A stretch of 64,000 nt of DNA from Sphaerochaetaceae bacterium (GCA_050950025.1 JBMNGW010000009.1:10145-74144); one strand, 5' to 3'. Positions 54,356 to 63,291 are shown, counted from the stretch's first letter. Notes: generated by a model from the letters alone, not told the origin. A program made the numbers and translations.

Positions 54356-54675
54356 GTGAGACCTTTTAGCGTCACTGCTCCAATCGTATCTTTACACGCA
54401 ACCAGTAATAGTCCCATACGATCTTTGGCATCAAGTTTCCAATTCTTTAAGAATATTTCTAAAAGCCACCCTTCGGGGATCAGTCCATCAAAAAATGGAA
54501 ACATAGTAGTACTCAAATACGATCGGTCAGTTAATGGGAGTGTTAAACTCACACTAGTAGCATCATTACGCCTTAAATACTCTGGATCATAGGTGAAGGT
54601 ATACCCTTGATCTGTCTCTTTTAGGATTCCGGCAGGAATGTTGTGTATATACACTTGGGCTGTCCGATATGCCAT
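54352..54675 (-). CDS. hipS: HipS-type protein (stand-alone HipA N-terminal subdomain)
   Basis: 107-aa ORF with VYIHNIPAGILKE...YTFTYD...SLTLPL...FFDGLIPEGW, a HipA N-subdomain pattern. ATGA overlap with hipT. Confidence 0.78.
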   Translation of the reverse strand: MAYRTAQVYIHNIPAGILKETDQGYTFTYDPEYLRRNDATSVSLTLPLTDRSYLSTTMFPFFDGLIPEGWLLEIFLKNWKLDAKDRMGLLLVACKDTIGAVTLKGLT

Positions 54676-54676
54676 A

Positions 54677-54886
54677 TTATGGCTCCTCTACATTTATGGG
54701 AACTGGAGCTAATTTAAATCCGAACAGGTGTAAAGCTTGATTTACTTTATCAAGCTGCAGTGTTGGCTTTCCTTGCTCTAGCTCTCGAACAAATCTCACC
54801 CCCACTCCGGCTAGCAAAGCAAACTCTTTTTGAGTAAGGCGAGCTTTTTTTCGATATGTGCGAACCAACTGAGATAATTCTTCCAT
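54677..54886 (-). CDS. hipB: XRE-family HTH protein (HipB of the tripartite module)
   Basis: 69-aa ORF, LTQKEFALLAGVGVRFVRELEQGK. Its stop abuts the hipS start. Confidence 0.8.
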   Translation of the reverse strand: MEELSQLVRTYRKKARLTQKEFALLAGVGVRFVRELEQGKPTLQLDKVNQALHLFGFKLAPVPINVEEP

Positions 54887-54894
54887 GTCTTATT

Positions 54895-54992
54895 TTATAC
54901 CCGTTCGGGTTGCTTTGCAAGAATATTATTGCTATTACACCCGCTCGGGTTGAATTGTAGCGTTTCTCTTATATTTATACCCGCTCGGGTTG
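54895..54992 (-). promoter_or_regulatory. three operator-like palindromes (TTAYACCCGYTCGGGTTG) at exact 40-bp spacing, embedded in promoter-like -35/-10 pairs upstream of hipB
   Basis: Sites at 54895-54912, 54935-54952 and 54975-54992, each with an ACCCGNNCGGGT core. On the minus strand, site 1 lies in the 17-nt spacer of TTGCAA (54920-54915)/TAAAAT (54897-54892). That -10 ends 5 nt before the hipB ATG. Confidence 0.65.
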
Positions 54993-55115
54993 TTTTCAAG
55001 GATATTTGTTGCCCATAAAGAGGATCTTTTGCCGTATTTAGGAATCTCTTTTCCCATTAGTAGAGAGGGCTTACATATGAGCATTTGATATGGGGATACT
55101 GCTGGTATTCGCCCT

Positions 55116-55153
55116 AAAATACAAAACTCCTCGTTCCCACCAGGGAAGAGGAG
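55116..55153 (-). terminator. intrinsic terminator downstream of tRNA-Phe
   Basis: An 11-bp stem with one bulge (55127-55153) is followed on the minus strand by TTTTGTATTTT. Confidence 0.65.
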
Positions 55154-55162
55154 CTGTCGGTT

Positions 55163-55235
55163 TGCCGCCTCTCGGAATTGAACCGAGGACACAAGGATTT
55201 TCAGTCCTTTGCTCTACCAACTGAGCTAAAGCGGC
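55163..55235 (-). tRNA. tRNA-Phe (anticodon GAA)
   Basis: Hand fold: acceptor GCCGCTT/AGGCGGC, D-arm GCTC-AGTTGGTA-GAGC, anticodon loop CTGAAAA, T-arm CTCGG-TTCAATT-CCGAG, discriminator A. Confidence 0.9.
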
Positions 55236-55273
55236 GCGACCTTCTCGTTTATACCCTGCTACGTTGGCCCATG

Positions 55274-56263
55274 TCAACCCCAGAGATTGTTTTTATCGGC
55301 GGGACGGATAGAGATTTCTCCTGACTGTAAAACGGTGGTTGAGCCATCTGCCAACTGGACGACTAAAGCTCCTTCATCATCGATCTTAACTGCTGTGGCA
55401 ATAAAGCTCTTTTTACCTTGAATTACCTCAATAGAACGTCCTAGGACCAAAGAGCGACGGCGATACTCTTCTAAGTAATCGCTTGTTTCCAATGTGGCGG
55501 CACATTCGCTCATATGCTTTATAACAGAGGCTATGAGGGCGCTGCGGTCTACTTTTTGACCTACTGGGCACAAGGCTCCTGCTTTGTCGTGTAAATCAGA
55601 TGGAAAACCTCCTTGGGGAGGAAATACATTAAGACCAATTCCAACCACAATTGTTTCTATTTTCCCATTCTCAAAACCGCTGACACCCTCAGTTAAAATG
55701 CCTCCCACTTTTAGCTTCCCTTTGTACAAGTCATTGACCCATTTAATTGAGAGCTCCTGCTGTAAGCACTCTTTGACCGCCTTGCAGGCTGCCACCGCAG
55801 TAGCTCCGGTAATTCTTAAAGCCGTTTGCAGATTATATGAAGGTCTAAGGAGCATACTGATGTAAACTCCCGATCCCGGGGGAGAATAAAAGCTTTTTCC
55901 GTTGCGCCCGATGCCTTGGCTTTGGCTATCGGCAACCACAACCGTTGCCGAAGCAGCTCCTTCTAAGGCCAAGCGTTTAGCTTCTTTGTTGGTTGAATCA
56001 ATCTGTTGATGATAATGAAGTGTAAGTTCAGGCATTTGCAAAGCGGCCAGAATGCTTTGTTTAGTCACTATGGCACTAAAGGATTCCAATGTGTAACCAA
56101 CTCGCGTCGAGGATCTAATAACATGCCCTTCACTTCTGAGTTCTTGGATAGCGCGCCACACGGCAGCTCTGCTGATAAAGAGGTGTTGAGCCATCGTTTC
56201 TCCCGAAACGGGAGAGCCTTTGGCCAGTTCAAGCAAATGGAGCACTCGATCTTTGCTACTCAT
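55274..56263 (-). CDS. birA: bifunctional biotin-[acetyl-CoA-carboxylase] ligase / biotin operon repressor
   Basis: 329-aa ORF with an N-terminal wHTH (ISRAAVWRAIQELRSEG), GRNGKSF-type ligase motif (GIGRNGKSFYSP) and a C-terminal SH3-like tail. Confidence 0.9.
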   Translation of the reverse strand: MSSKDRVLHLLELAKGSPVSGETMAQHLFISRAAVWRAIQELRSEGHVIRSSTRVGYTLESFSAIVTKQSILAALQMPELTLHYHQQIDSTNKEAKRLALEGAASATVVVADSQSQGIGRNGKSFYSPPGSGVYISMLLRPSYNLQTALRITGATAVAACKAVKECLQQELSIKWVNDLYKGKLKVGGILTEGVSGFENGKIETIVVGIGLNVFPPQGGFPSDLHDKAGALCPVGQKVDRSALIASVIKHMSECAATLETSDYLEEYRRRSLVLGRSIEVIQGKKSFIATAVKIDDEGALVVQLADGSTTVLQSGEISIRPADKNNLWG

Positions 56264-56293
56264 AGCCCAAGATTACCCATAAAAGAGGATAAA

Positions 56294-56323
56294 TGTAAAC
56301 AATAACCGCCTTATATGTTTACA
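56294..56323. promoter_or_regulatory. BirA operator (TGTAAACA-N14-TGTTTACA)
   Basis: Perfect 8-bp inverted repeat at 56294-56301 and 56316-56323 in the birA/bioY divergent intergenic region. It matches the widespread BirA box TGTAAAC-N14/15-GTTTACA. Confidence 0.8.
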
Positions 56324-56365
56324 ATAGCTTTCTGTTCTGTTATAGCTGTTCTCAAGGAGCGGCAC

Positions 56366-56959
56366 ATGAATCTACGTCATATCATCATTAGCGCACTGTG
56401 TGCGGCATTTATTGTCATCGGTTCGTACATCTCTTTTGCCATTGGACCTGTCCCCATCACGATGCAAACAGCTTTTGTCCTTCTGGCAGGAATTTTGGCC
56501 GGCAAGGGAGTTGCCTCTACCGCTGTGGCCATCTATATCGCCTTAGGAGCTATCGGAGTTCCTGTCTTTTCAGCCGGATCAGGGGGTTTTGCCCACTTAA
56601 CCGGTCCCACCGGCGGCTTTTTAATCAGTTATTTGGTAGCCGGTCCAGTTACCGGATTTCTTGCCGACAGAGGCTTTCGCAACGAGCGCGAATTTCAGCA
56701 GACCACAAAAAAACAACTGTGGTGGATTGTCTTGGCGGCGGTGGTAGGAACACTCATCTTTTTTATCATAGGCGTTCCTTATTTAAAAATGATCCTCACT
56801 GTCAGCTGGACTCAAGCACTCGTAATAGGGGTTCTGCCGTTTATTGCCGGAGATTTGTTGAAATTGCTGGTAGTGGTCATTCTTGGCAATATGTTTGCTC
56901 CTAGTGTTCGTTCTTTCATTGCTTCAGAGGTTGTGGATGAGAAGCCAAATGATTCTTGA
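56366..56959 (+). CDS. bioY: biotin transporter S-component BioY
   Basis: ATG 56366 with AAGGAG at 56354-56359. Six-TM BioY-like sequence (PITMQTAFVLLAGILAG, GGFLISY). Confidence 0.88.
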   Translation: MNLRHIIISALCAAFIVIGSYISFAIGPVPITMQTAFVLLAGILAGKGVASTAVAIYIALGAIGVPVFSAGSGGFAHLTGPTGGFLISYLVAGPVTGFLADRGFRNEREFQQTTKKQLWWIVLAAVVGTLIFFIIGVPYLKMILTVSWTQALVIGVLPFIAGDLLKLLVVVILGNMFAPSVRSFIASEVVDEKPNDS

Positions 56960-57701
56960 AGCTCGGCATTTGCACCTGCACCTAGCAGCCGATCAACCAA
57001 TCCTTTCAGATGTCTCATTTGAGATGAATGAAGGAGAGCTTCTGATTATTGCCGGTCGCAACGGATCGGGGAAGACCATGCTTTTGCGCCTGATAAAAGG
57101 ATTGATTCCCCTAACCGGCGGCTCTTTATGGATCGACCAAAAAGACCTTAGTCGCCGCCCCAAAGAACGCAACAGGCATATCGGATTAGTCTTTCAAGAT
57201 GCCGATACCCAATTGGTAGGTCAAACAGTGCAAAAAGACCTCCTCTTCGGTCTGGAAAACCTGGAGTTTTCACCTCAGCAAAGTACTTTATTAGTCGATG
57301 AAATAGCACAAAAATTAGAACTGACCCACTTGCTAACACGACGTCCTAGAAGTCTGTCGGGAGGCGAGAAACGACGAGTAGCCATCGCTGCTGTTTTACT
57401 GATGCGCCCTCGATTGTTGCTTTTGGATGAGCCATTTGCCAATCTTGATTACCCGGCAGTCGTGCAGGTCCTACAATCACTGCTGGCCTTAAAAAAAGAG
57501 GGTGTGAGCATCATTGTGGCAACACATGAGCTGGAAAAAATTCTGGCTCACAGCGACACATTACTGCTTCTTGATCAGGGAAACGTGATTGGTGTTGGTA
57601 AACCCCACGATATAATCGAAAACATTGAAAGTTGCGGCATCAGAAGGCCCCACTTTCGCCAAGAACCTCTGCCAATAGAGGAGATGACGTGGTTGAAGTA
57701 A
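56937..57701 (+). CDS. bioM: ECF transporter ATPase (BioM-like)
   Basis: Walker A GRNGSGKT, LSGGEKRR, LLLDEP. The start is 56937 or 56949; both overlap the bioY 3' end. Confidence 0.85.
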   Translation: MRSQMILEARHLHLHLAADQPILSDVSFEMNEGELLIIAGRNGSGKTMLLRLIKGLIPLTGGSLWIDQKDLSRRPKERNRHIGLVFQDADTQLVGQTVQKDLLFGLENLEFSPQQSTLLVDEIAQKLELTHLLTRRPRSLSGGEKRRVAIAAVLLMRPRLLLLDEPFANLDYPAVVQVLQSLLALKKEGVSIIVATHELEKILAHSDTLLLLDQGNVIGVGKPHDIIENIESCGIRRPHFRQEPLPIEEMTWLK

Positions 57702-58402
57702 ATTTCTTTCATTACCGCCACAGCACCTCTGTGTTACACAAAGCCCACCCTCTTACTAAAATCGTTGCCCTGCTCGTATGCTCGCTACTGCTTATCAACG
57801 CCTCATTGTTGCGCATCTCCGTAATGCTCGTATTTTTACTTATTCTATTGCTGGCCTTACGCATCCCTATCAAAACGTACTGGCTCCAGATGCGATTTTT
57901 GGCAGCGATAGCGCTGTTAATGGGAGCAACTCGCTATGCAGTAAGCTCTGATGTACTTTTGGGTTTATTAGTGATGCTCCGTTTTATTTTAATGATTGTC
58001 TTGGGAATTGTACTGGCCGATTCTACCGCTACTGATGAGTTAGGCCAAGCTTGTGCTCGTGCATTGTCTTTTCTGTTTCCTAAGCGCTCATATGTAGTGG
58101 CCTCAACGATGGAACTTACGTTGACTCTTATCCCCTTACTCTTGGATATTGCACTGCAAATCAAAGAGGCTCGCAAAGCCCGCCTGGAGCGCCTGTGGCC
58201 CAACCCCGTGCCACCTTTGGTCTCTATGGCATCCCAATTCATTGAACTCTCATTACAAAGGGCACAGGAGCTTGAACAAGCTCTAAGTAGCAGAGGTTAT
58301 CGCATCGATGTCCAAAGAGGAGAGCTGAGGTTCTCAAAAGCAGATGCTATCGTTATTCTCATCACAACAGTGGGGGCTTGGGCCTTGGCCACTTTTAGCT
58401 AA
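57689..58402 (+). CDS. bioN: ECF transporter T component (BioN/CbiQ family)
   Basis: GTG 57689 overlaps the bioM stop. Multi-TM protein with the ARxAR-like EcfT motif region (IKEARKARLER). Confidence 0.78.
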   Translation: MVEVNFFHYRHSTSVLHKAHPLTKIVALLVCSLLLINASLLRISVMLVFLLILLLALRIPIKTYWLQMRFLAAIALLMGATRYAVSSDVLLGLLVMLRFILMIVLGIVLADSTATDELGQACARALSFLFPKRSYVVASTMELTLTLIPLLLDIALQIKEARKARLERLWPNPVPPLVSMASQFIELSLQRAQELEQALSSRGYRIDVQRGELRFSKADAIVILITTVGAWALATFS

Positions 58403-59282
58403 GGGGAAGCACCGAAGCCTCTGTGGCATCAAACTGTCTTTGATTGTCTTGCCCCAACAAATAGACATAACTGCGAATGCGGTCGGCTAGAAGATCATCA
58501 CTGAGATCACTGGGCAACTGATTGGGCTCAATGAGTTGGCCACAGCTGAGTGTAATTGTTTTTCCGCGCTGTTTGAACATCTCATCAGGTAAGTACAACG
58601 ATTCAAAACTCACTTTTATTCTCAAAGCTCTTCTGAGAGACGATAACCGATAAAACTTATTCGAATTAGCCCCATCGATATGCACCGGCAAAATAGGACG
58701 GTTATACACACGCGCCATCCTGACAAATGAGCTGTACCATTTCAAATCAAAAATGACTTTATTAGATAAAGGACGGGAACAATAGCCGGCGGGGAACATA
58801 ATAATTGGCATATCGGAATTAAAAGCTTGCCGATATTGGTCTACCAAGGCCCTTTGGTTCCAAGTGGGAATGGGAATCAACAGCGGTTTAAGGGGCTTTA
58901 GCTCACCTAAAATAGCTTTAGACACCATTTTAACCTTGGGATCGATTTTGCCCACAGCATGCATCATAACAAGTGATTCAGGACCTCCCAACGGATGATT
59001 AGCCACAATAATAGGTCGATTAGTGGGGATATCTTTCAGCGATGTTTGGCCTTGAGTTTTGAGCTTCAATTCAAGAAACTCAACAACAGATGCCACAAAT
59101 TCCAGCGGCCCATCATGAAAATGCTCGCTCAAAAAAGTGTTGATTTCATCCAGATGCAATAGCGAAGAGAGGCGATTGAGCGCCATCTTAGGAACCCAAG
59201 GGGCGAAAGAAGGAGCATGCTGGGTTATCAGCTCTTCCAACACAATCGGTTTGAACATCTGATTTGACTGTTGCATAAGCAT
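58395..59282 (-). CDS. lysophospholipid acyltransferase (PlsC-like) family protein
   Basis: 295-aa ORF with IIVANHPLGGPES and FPAGYCSR blocks typical of the aminolipid/lysophospholipid O-acyltransferase clade. Confidence 0.65.
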   Translation of the reverse strand: MLMQQSNQMFKPIVLEELITQHAPSFAPWVPKMALNRLSSLLHLDEINTFLSEHFHDGPLEFVASVVEFLELKLKTQGQTSLKDIPTNRPIIVANHPLGGPESLVMMHAVGKIDPKVKMVSKAILGELKPLKPLLIPIPTWNQRALVDQYRQAFNSDMPIIMFPAGYCSRPLSNKVIFDLKWYSSFVRMARVYNRPILPVHIDGANSNKFYRLSSLRRALRIKVSFESLYLPDEMFKQRGKTITLSCGQLIEPNQLPSDLSDDLLADRIRSYVYLLGQDNQRQFDATEASVLPLS

Positions 59283-59342
59283 AAAGAAGAGTATAGCAGA
59301 TAATCAGCAAAAATTGGCCATCAACATGCTATACTTCCCGCT

Positions 59343-59924
59343 ATGGAACTTAGTCGGCAAAAGCAACAGCTTAGAGAACAAATGCGCCACCGCTTTAGCC
59401 TTGTTAGCTCACAGCAGCTCGCCTCCGATTCTTTGGCCATTGTTAAGCGCATCCTTGAACTGCCAGTCTACAAGCACAGCTCTCTTGTTTTGGGTTTTGT
59501 CCCTTTGGCTGATGAACCCGATGTACAAGTAGTCTATGACACAGCTTTGGCCCAAGGTAAAAGCGTGGGACTTCCTGTCGCTTTTGCAAAAGGGCGGTTA
59601 CACTTTTACTCTGTCTCTGAGAAATGGAGAACTTCGCTAGAGCCCAATCGCTGGGGTATTGGCGAGCCAAAGCAAGAACACGCGGTGTCTGTTGATTTTT
59701 CATTACATCAAAGTATTTTGCTGTTGGTTCCTGCAGTGGCTTTTACTGTGCACAAAGAGCGATTGGGACGAGGAAAAGGGTATTACGACCGTTTTTTAGC
59801 CACCTCCTTGCCGACGATGAGGGCAGTGGGAGTCTGCTTTGAGCATCAGGTGGTTGAGAATCTGCCTACCGCCAAAAATGACAGGCCTGTCGATATCTTA
59901 GTGACTCCTAAAACAGTGTTTTAA
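59343..59924 (+). CDS. 5-formyltetrahydrofolate cyclo-ligase
   Basis: 193-aa ORF with LVPAVAFTVHKERLGRGKGYYDRFL. Confidence 0.88.
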   Translation: MELSRQKQQLREQMRHRFSLVSSQQLASDSLAIVKRILELPVYKHSSLVLGFVPLADEPDVQVVYDTALAQGKSVGLPVAFAKGRLHFYSVSEKWRTSLEPNRWGIGEPKQEHAVSVDFSLHQSILLLVPAVAFTVHKERLGRGKGYYDRFLATSLPTMRAVGVCFEHQVVENLPTAKNDRPVDILVTPKTVF

Positions 59925-60427
59925 TGAGTGGGGTGCCATAACCAGCTAAAATGCTGGTCAACCAACATCTGTAACAGCGTATCGCTTTGAGGCGACATAT
60001 GCTTTGTGTCTTGAAGGCGTTTATCTAACAGCAGTAGCTCGCTACGTACTTGGGGACTGCTGACGCTGCGCAGCAGGGTACTAAGAGTTCTAATATATTC
60101 AAGTTGGCGTGTTGGGGAACTGGCAATCACAAACAGGAAGTGAACCGGCTCATTGTCGGCAGCATCATAACTGATGCCGTCGACACTCAATCCCAAGCCG
60201 ATAATAACGCGGTTTAGTCCCGGCACTTTGCCGTGGGCTATGGCAATTCCATGGCCGATCCCAGTCGATTCAAGCAATTCACGAGTCATAACAGCCGCTT
60301 TAAACTGCTTAATATCAGCAAGGCAAGTAAAGACAGCACATTCATCGATGACTTCATTAATTGCTTGCTGTTTCGAATCGCAGGTAATATGGCACACTAC
60401 CGACTCTAGATCGGTATGAAAGTTCAC
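59921..60427 (-). CDS. PTS EIIA (fructose/mannitol/Ntr type) domain protein
   Basis: 168-aa ORF with GIGHGIAIAHGKV, the phospho-acceptor His region. Confidence 0.8.
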   Translation of the reverse strand: MNFHTDLESVVCHITCDSKQQAINEVIDECAVFTCLADIKQFKAAVMTRELLESTGIGHGIAIAHGKVPGLNRVIIGLGLSVDGISYDAADNEPVHFLFVIASSPTRQLEYIRTLSTLLRSVSSPQVRSELLLLDKRLQDTKHMSPQSDTLLQMLVDQHFSWLWHPTH

Positions 60428-60431
60428 TAGC

Positions 60432-61928
60432 TCAGACCTTCTTTGCCAAATACTCGTTCATAGCCTTGGCTGCTTTACGTCCTTGACCCATAGCCAGAAT
60501 AACGGTGGCGGCTCCCAACACAATATCTCCTCCGGCAAAAACTCCCTTCATCGAAGTAGCACAGGTCTCTTCATCAACAATGATGTTCCCTCTGCGGTTG
60601 ACTTCTAGGCCTTTGGTTGTTTTCTCAATCAAAGGGTTGGAGTCGTTGCCGATGGCGACAATGACGGTATCAAAATCGTAGACTTTTTCCGATCCCGGAA
60701 TTTCAACAGGAGAGCGGCGTCCCGATGCATCAGGTTCGCCCAATTCGCAGGTTATCAACTCCACACCGGTAACTCTCCCTTTCTCATCACCAAGAATGCG
60801 CAAAGGAGAATGAAGGTAGAGAAACTGGACTCCCTCTTCTTTGGCATGGGCCACTTCCTCGCGGCGGGCAGGCATTTCACTGTCGGTTCTGCGATAGACT
60901 ATTGTGACTTCATCAGCTCCAAGGCGCAAAGCGGTGCGGGCTGCGTCCATTGCGACGTTCCCCCCTCCAAAAACGGCAACTTTTTTCGAGGTATACAACG
61001 GAGTTCCCGCTTTCATTTTATCGTAGGCCTTCATCAAGTTGCTGCGGGTCAAATATTCGTTGGCACTAAAGACTCCCACAAAGTTTTCACCCGGAATATT
61101 GAGGAATTTAGGTAAGCCGGCTCCCGATCCGATGAAAATGGCATCAAAGCCTTCTTTATCAAATAAATCGGCTAAAGTGGCGGTTCTGCCTACAAGGAAG
61201 TTTCTCTCAATTTTCACTCCCATGGCTTTAAGAGCATCAAGCTCCTCTTGGACTATCGACTTAGGAAGGCGGAATTCGGGAATACCGTAGACAAGCACCC
61301 CTCCCGCTTTATGCAAAGCTTCGAACATGACTACTTCATGCCCTTCTCTTCGTAAGTCGGCTGCCGCTGTCATAGAAGCGGGGCCGCTGCCCACTACAGC
61401 TGCTTTTTTGCCGCTAGGTGGTGCAATTTCAGGATTTTTGCGAGCGTTGTTTTTCGATTCCCAATCGGCAACATAGCGCTCAATGCGCCCGATATTAACT
61501 GCCTTCTCGACACTTTTTAATGATTTACCCACAGTACAGGTCAGCTGACACTGAACCTCCTGAGGGCACACCCGTCCGCAAATGGCGGGAAGCATCGAGC
61601 TCTCTTTAATAACACCAACTGAACCGGCAAAATCACCTTCGGCCGCCAGTTGAATGAATTTGGGAATATTGATCCCTACCGGACAGCCTTTAATACAAGG
61701 AGCATTGGCACACTGAATACAGCGCAAAGCTTCAACTTTTACTTGAGCTTCAGTATAACCAAGGGCTACTTCGTCCATATTCTCACGACGTACGGCTGGG
61801 TCTTGAGAAGGCATATCCTGAATAGGAATCAGCAACCTTTCTTTGACTTTGAGCGTTTGTCCTTCGTATCCGCTTAACAGCTCTTTCGCTGCTTGATCAA
61901 GAGTCTCTAGCTCGATATGTTCTGTCAC
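60432..61928 (-). CDS. NADPH-dependent glutamate-synthase-beta-like / NfnB-like Fe-S flavoprotein
   Basis: GTG 61928 overlaps the upstream stop (GTGA). Two Cys clusters (CIQCANAPCIKGCP, CGRVCPQEVQC) and GSGPA and GGGNVAMD dinucleotide folds. Confidence 0.85.
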   Translation of the reverse strand: MTEHIELETLDQAAKELLSGYEGQTLKVKERLLIPIQDMPSQDPAVRRENMDEVALGYTEAQVKVEALRCIQCANAPCIKGCPVGINIPKFIQLAAEGDFAGSVGVIKESSMLPAICGRVCPQEVQCQLTCTVGKSLKSVEKAVNIGRIERYVADWESKNNARKNPEIAPPSGKKAAVVGSGPASMTAAADLRREGHEVVMFEALHKAGGVLVYGIPEFRLPKSIVQEELDALKAMGVKIERNFLVGRTATLADLFDKEGFDAIFIGSGAGLPKFLNIPGENFVGVFSANEYLTRSNLMKAYDKMKAGTPLYTSKKVAVFGGGNVAMDAARTALRLGADEVTIVYRRTDSEMPARREEVAHAKEEGVQFLYLHSPLRILGDEKGRVTGVELITCELGEPDASGRRSPVEIPGSEKVYDFDTVIVAIGNDSNPLIEKTTKGLEVNRRGNIIVDEETCATSMKGVFAGGDIVLGAATVILAMGQGRKAAKAMNEYLAKKV

Positions 61929-62773
61929 GCTTCGCCTTCCTTTATATCTAAACCGATATGGCATCGGTGATGAGCTTCATCTTCTTGAGGTTTGTAGGTT
62001 CCAAGCCTCATGAGCAAATTGTCCCAGTCAACGGCATGCCCGTCAAACTCAGGTCCGTCAACACAGGCAAATTTCGTCTCTCCGTTCACACTGACTCGGC
62101 AACCTCCACACATCCCGGTGCCGTCAATCATAATGGTGTTCAACGATACAACAGTGGGAATGTTGAAAGGTTTAGTCGTCAGGGTACAGAATTTCATCAT
62201 AATGGGAGGACCGATAGCAACAACCAAATCGGGTTTCCACTCTTCGCACAGCTCTTTTAACGGCTCAGTGACCAACGCTTTGCGTCCGTAGCTACCGTCA
62301 TCGGTACAGACAATCGGCTCGTCAACAATTTTTCTCATCATATCTTCAAGAATGACAAGCTCTTTGGTTCGAGCTCCCATAATAATCTTTACTTCATTGC
62401 CCTCTTTTTTGAGGGCTTGGGCAATCGGGTGCATCGGCGCCACGCCAATACCTCCCCCCACACAGACAACTTTCCCAAACTTTTTGATGTGGGTCGGCTG
62501 CCCTAAGGGGCCAAGAACATTGGCTATTGCATCCCCTACTTCGAGGGTTGCCAAGTGGTGGGTCGTCTCGCCAACAGCTTGAAACACAATGGTAATTGAC
62601 CCTTTTTCGGTGTTGGCATCGGCTATAGTAAGCGGAATGCGCTCGCTAAAGTCGCCACCTTGCTGCAGTATAACAAACTGTCCTGCCTTGCGTTGATTAG
62701 CAATGCGAGGGGCTTCAACTTCCATGCGAAAAACTTCTGCTGAAAGCTGTTGCTTATCCAGAATTGGAAACAT
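61925..62773 (-). CDS. ferredoxin-NADP reductase-like / NfnA-like (sulfide dehydrogenase gamma-type) subunit
   Basis: ATG 62773 (MFPILDKQQLSAEVFRMEVEAP). FNR fold RIPLTIAD, GGGIGVAP and C-terminal [2Fe-2S] motif CGGCRV. Confidence 0.85.
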   Translation of the reverse strand: MFPILDKQQLSAEVFRMEVEAPRIANQRKAGQFVILQQGGDFSERIPLTIADANTEKGSITIVFQAVGETTHHLATLEVGDAIANVLGPLGQPTHIKKFGKVVCVGGGIGVAPMHPIAQALKKEGNEVKIIMGARTKELVILEDMMRKIVDEPIVCTDDGSYGRKALVTEPLKELCEEWKPDLVVAIGPPIMMKFCTLTTKPFNIPTVVSLNTIMIDGTGMCGGCRVSVNGETKFACVDGPEFDGHAVDWDNLLMRLGTYKPQEDEAHHRCHIGLDIKEGEA

Positions 62774-62949
62774 GCGAACCTCCAAAAGCCTCTGTATTGG
62801 TGAATAAGAAAGAAATTCCCTTTTACACCCTTCGGCCATTGTACCACAGTCTTACATTTTGAGCAATTGTCGAGACCTTTTCTTGAGGGTACCTACGCCT
62901 TTCCCTCTGTTGCTTTGTAGGATATCATGCACATAAGAGGAGACAAAAC

Positions 62950-63291
62950 ATGATTATTACCCAACAACAGATGAGCCAAAGCACAAAACAGATGCGAGGA
63001 GGCGATGGAGTATGCCATATGCTCGAATTTTTGAGCAAAGAAGAGATGAACCACGCCCGACTATTTGGCACGATTACTATTCCTCCCAACGCTTCCATTG
63101 GCGAACATCCACACATCGATGAGACAGAGTATTACTGGATTATTGAAGGTGAGGGAGTGCTCACAGAGAGCTCCGGTGTTCACGTGGTCAAAAAGGGAGA
63201 TCTGGTTGTCACTTCCAGTGGAGAGAGCCATGCTATCAGAAACGAAAAAAACACACCGCTAGTGTTGCTAGCCCTCATTATTCTTGACTGA
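62950..63291 (+). CDS. cupin domain protein
   Basis: 113-aa ORF with GEHPHIDETEYYWIIEGEG...GESHAIRN, a two-motif cupin. Confidence 0.75.
   Translation: MIITQQQMSQSTKQMRGGDGVCHMLEFLSKEEMNHARLFGTITIPPNASIGEHPHIDETEYYWIIEGEGVLTESSGVHVVKKGDLVVTSSGESHAIRNEKNTPLVLLALIILD

Noticed and set aside
53318-55162. The HipBST module as a tRNA-Phe-integrated island with att direct repeats.
   Set aside because: I searched by eye for a copy of the tRNA-Phe 3' end (CTCGGAATTGAACCGAGG) in 53318-53410 and around dprA and found none. There is no integrase. Only hotspot proximity is reported, not an integrative element.
56398-56904. 168-aa Cys/Arg/Ser-rich ORF in an alternate plus-strand frame inside bioY.
   Set aside because: It lies entirely within the well-supported BioY frame. 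Its composition is typical of an out-of-frame read of a hydrophobic membrane gene. It has no start context.
60432-62773. The gltD-like and FNR-like pair as a glutamate synthase.
   Set aside because: There is no large GltB subunit nearby. The pairing of a ~280-aa FNR-like [2Fe-2S] subunit with a ~500-aa GltD-like subunit with GTGA coupling is the NfnAB / sulfide-dehydrogenase-type arrangement. It is annotated as such and is not considered unusual.
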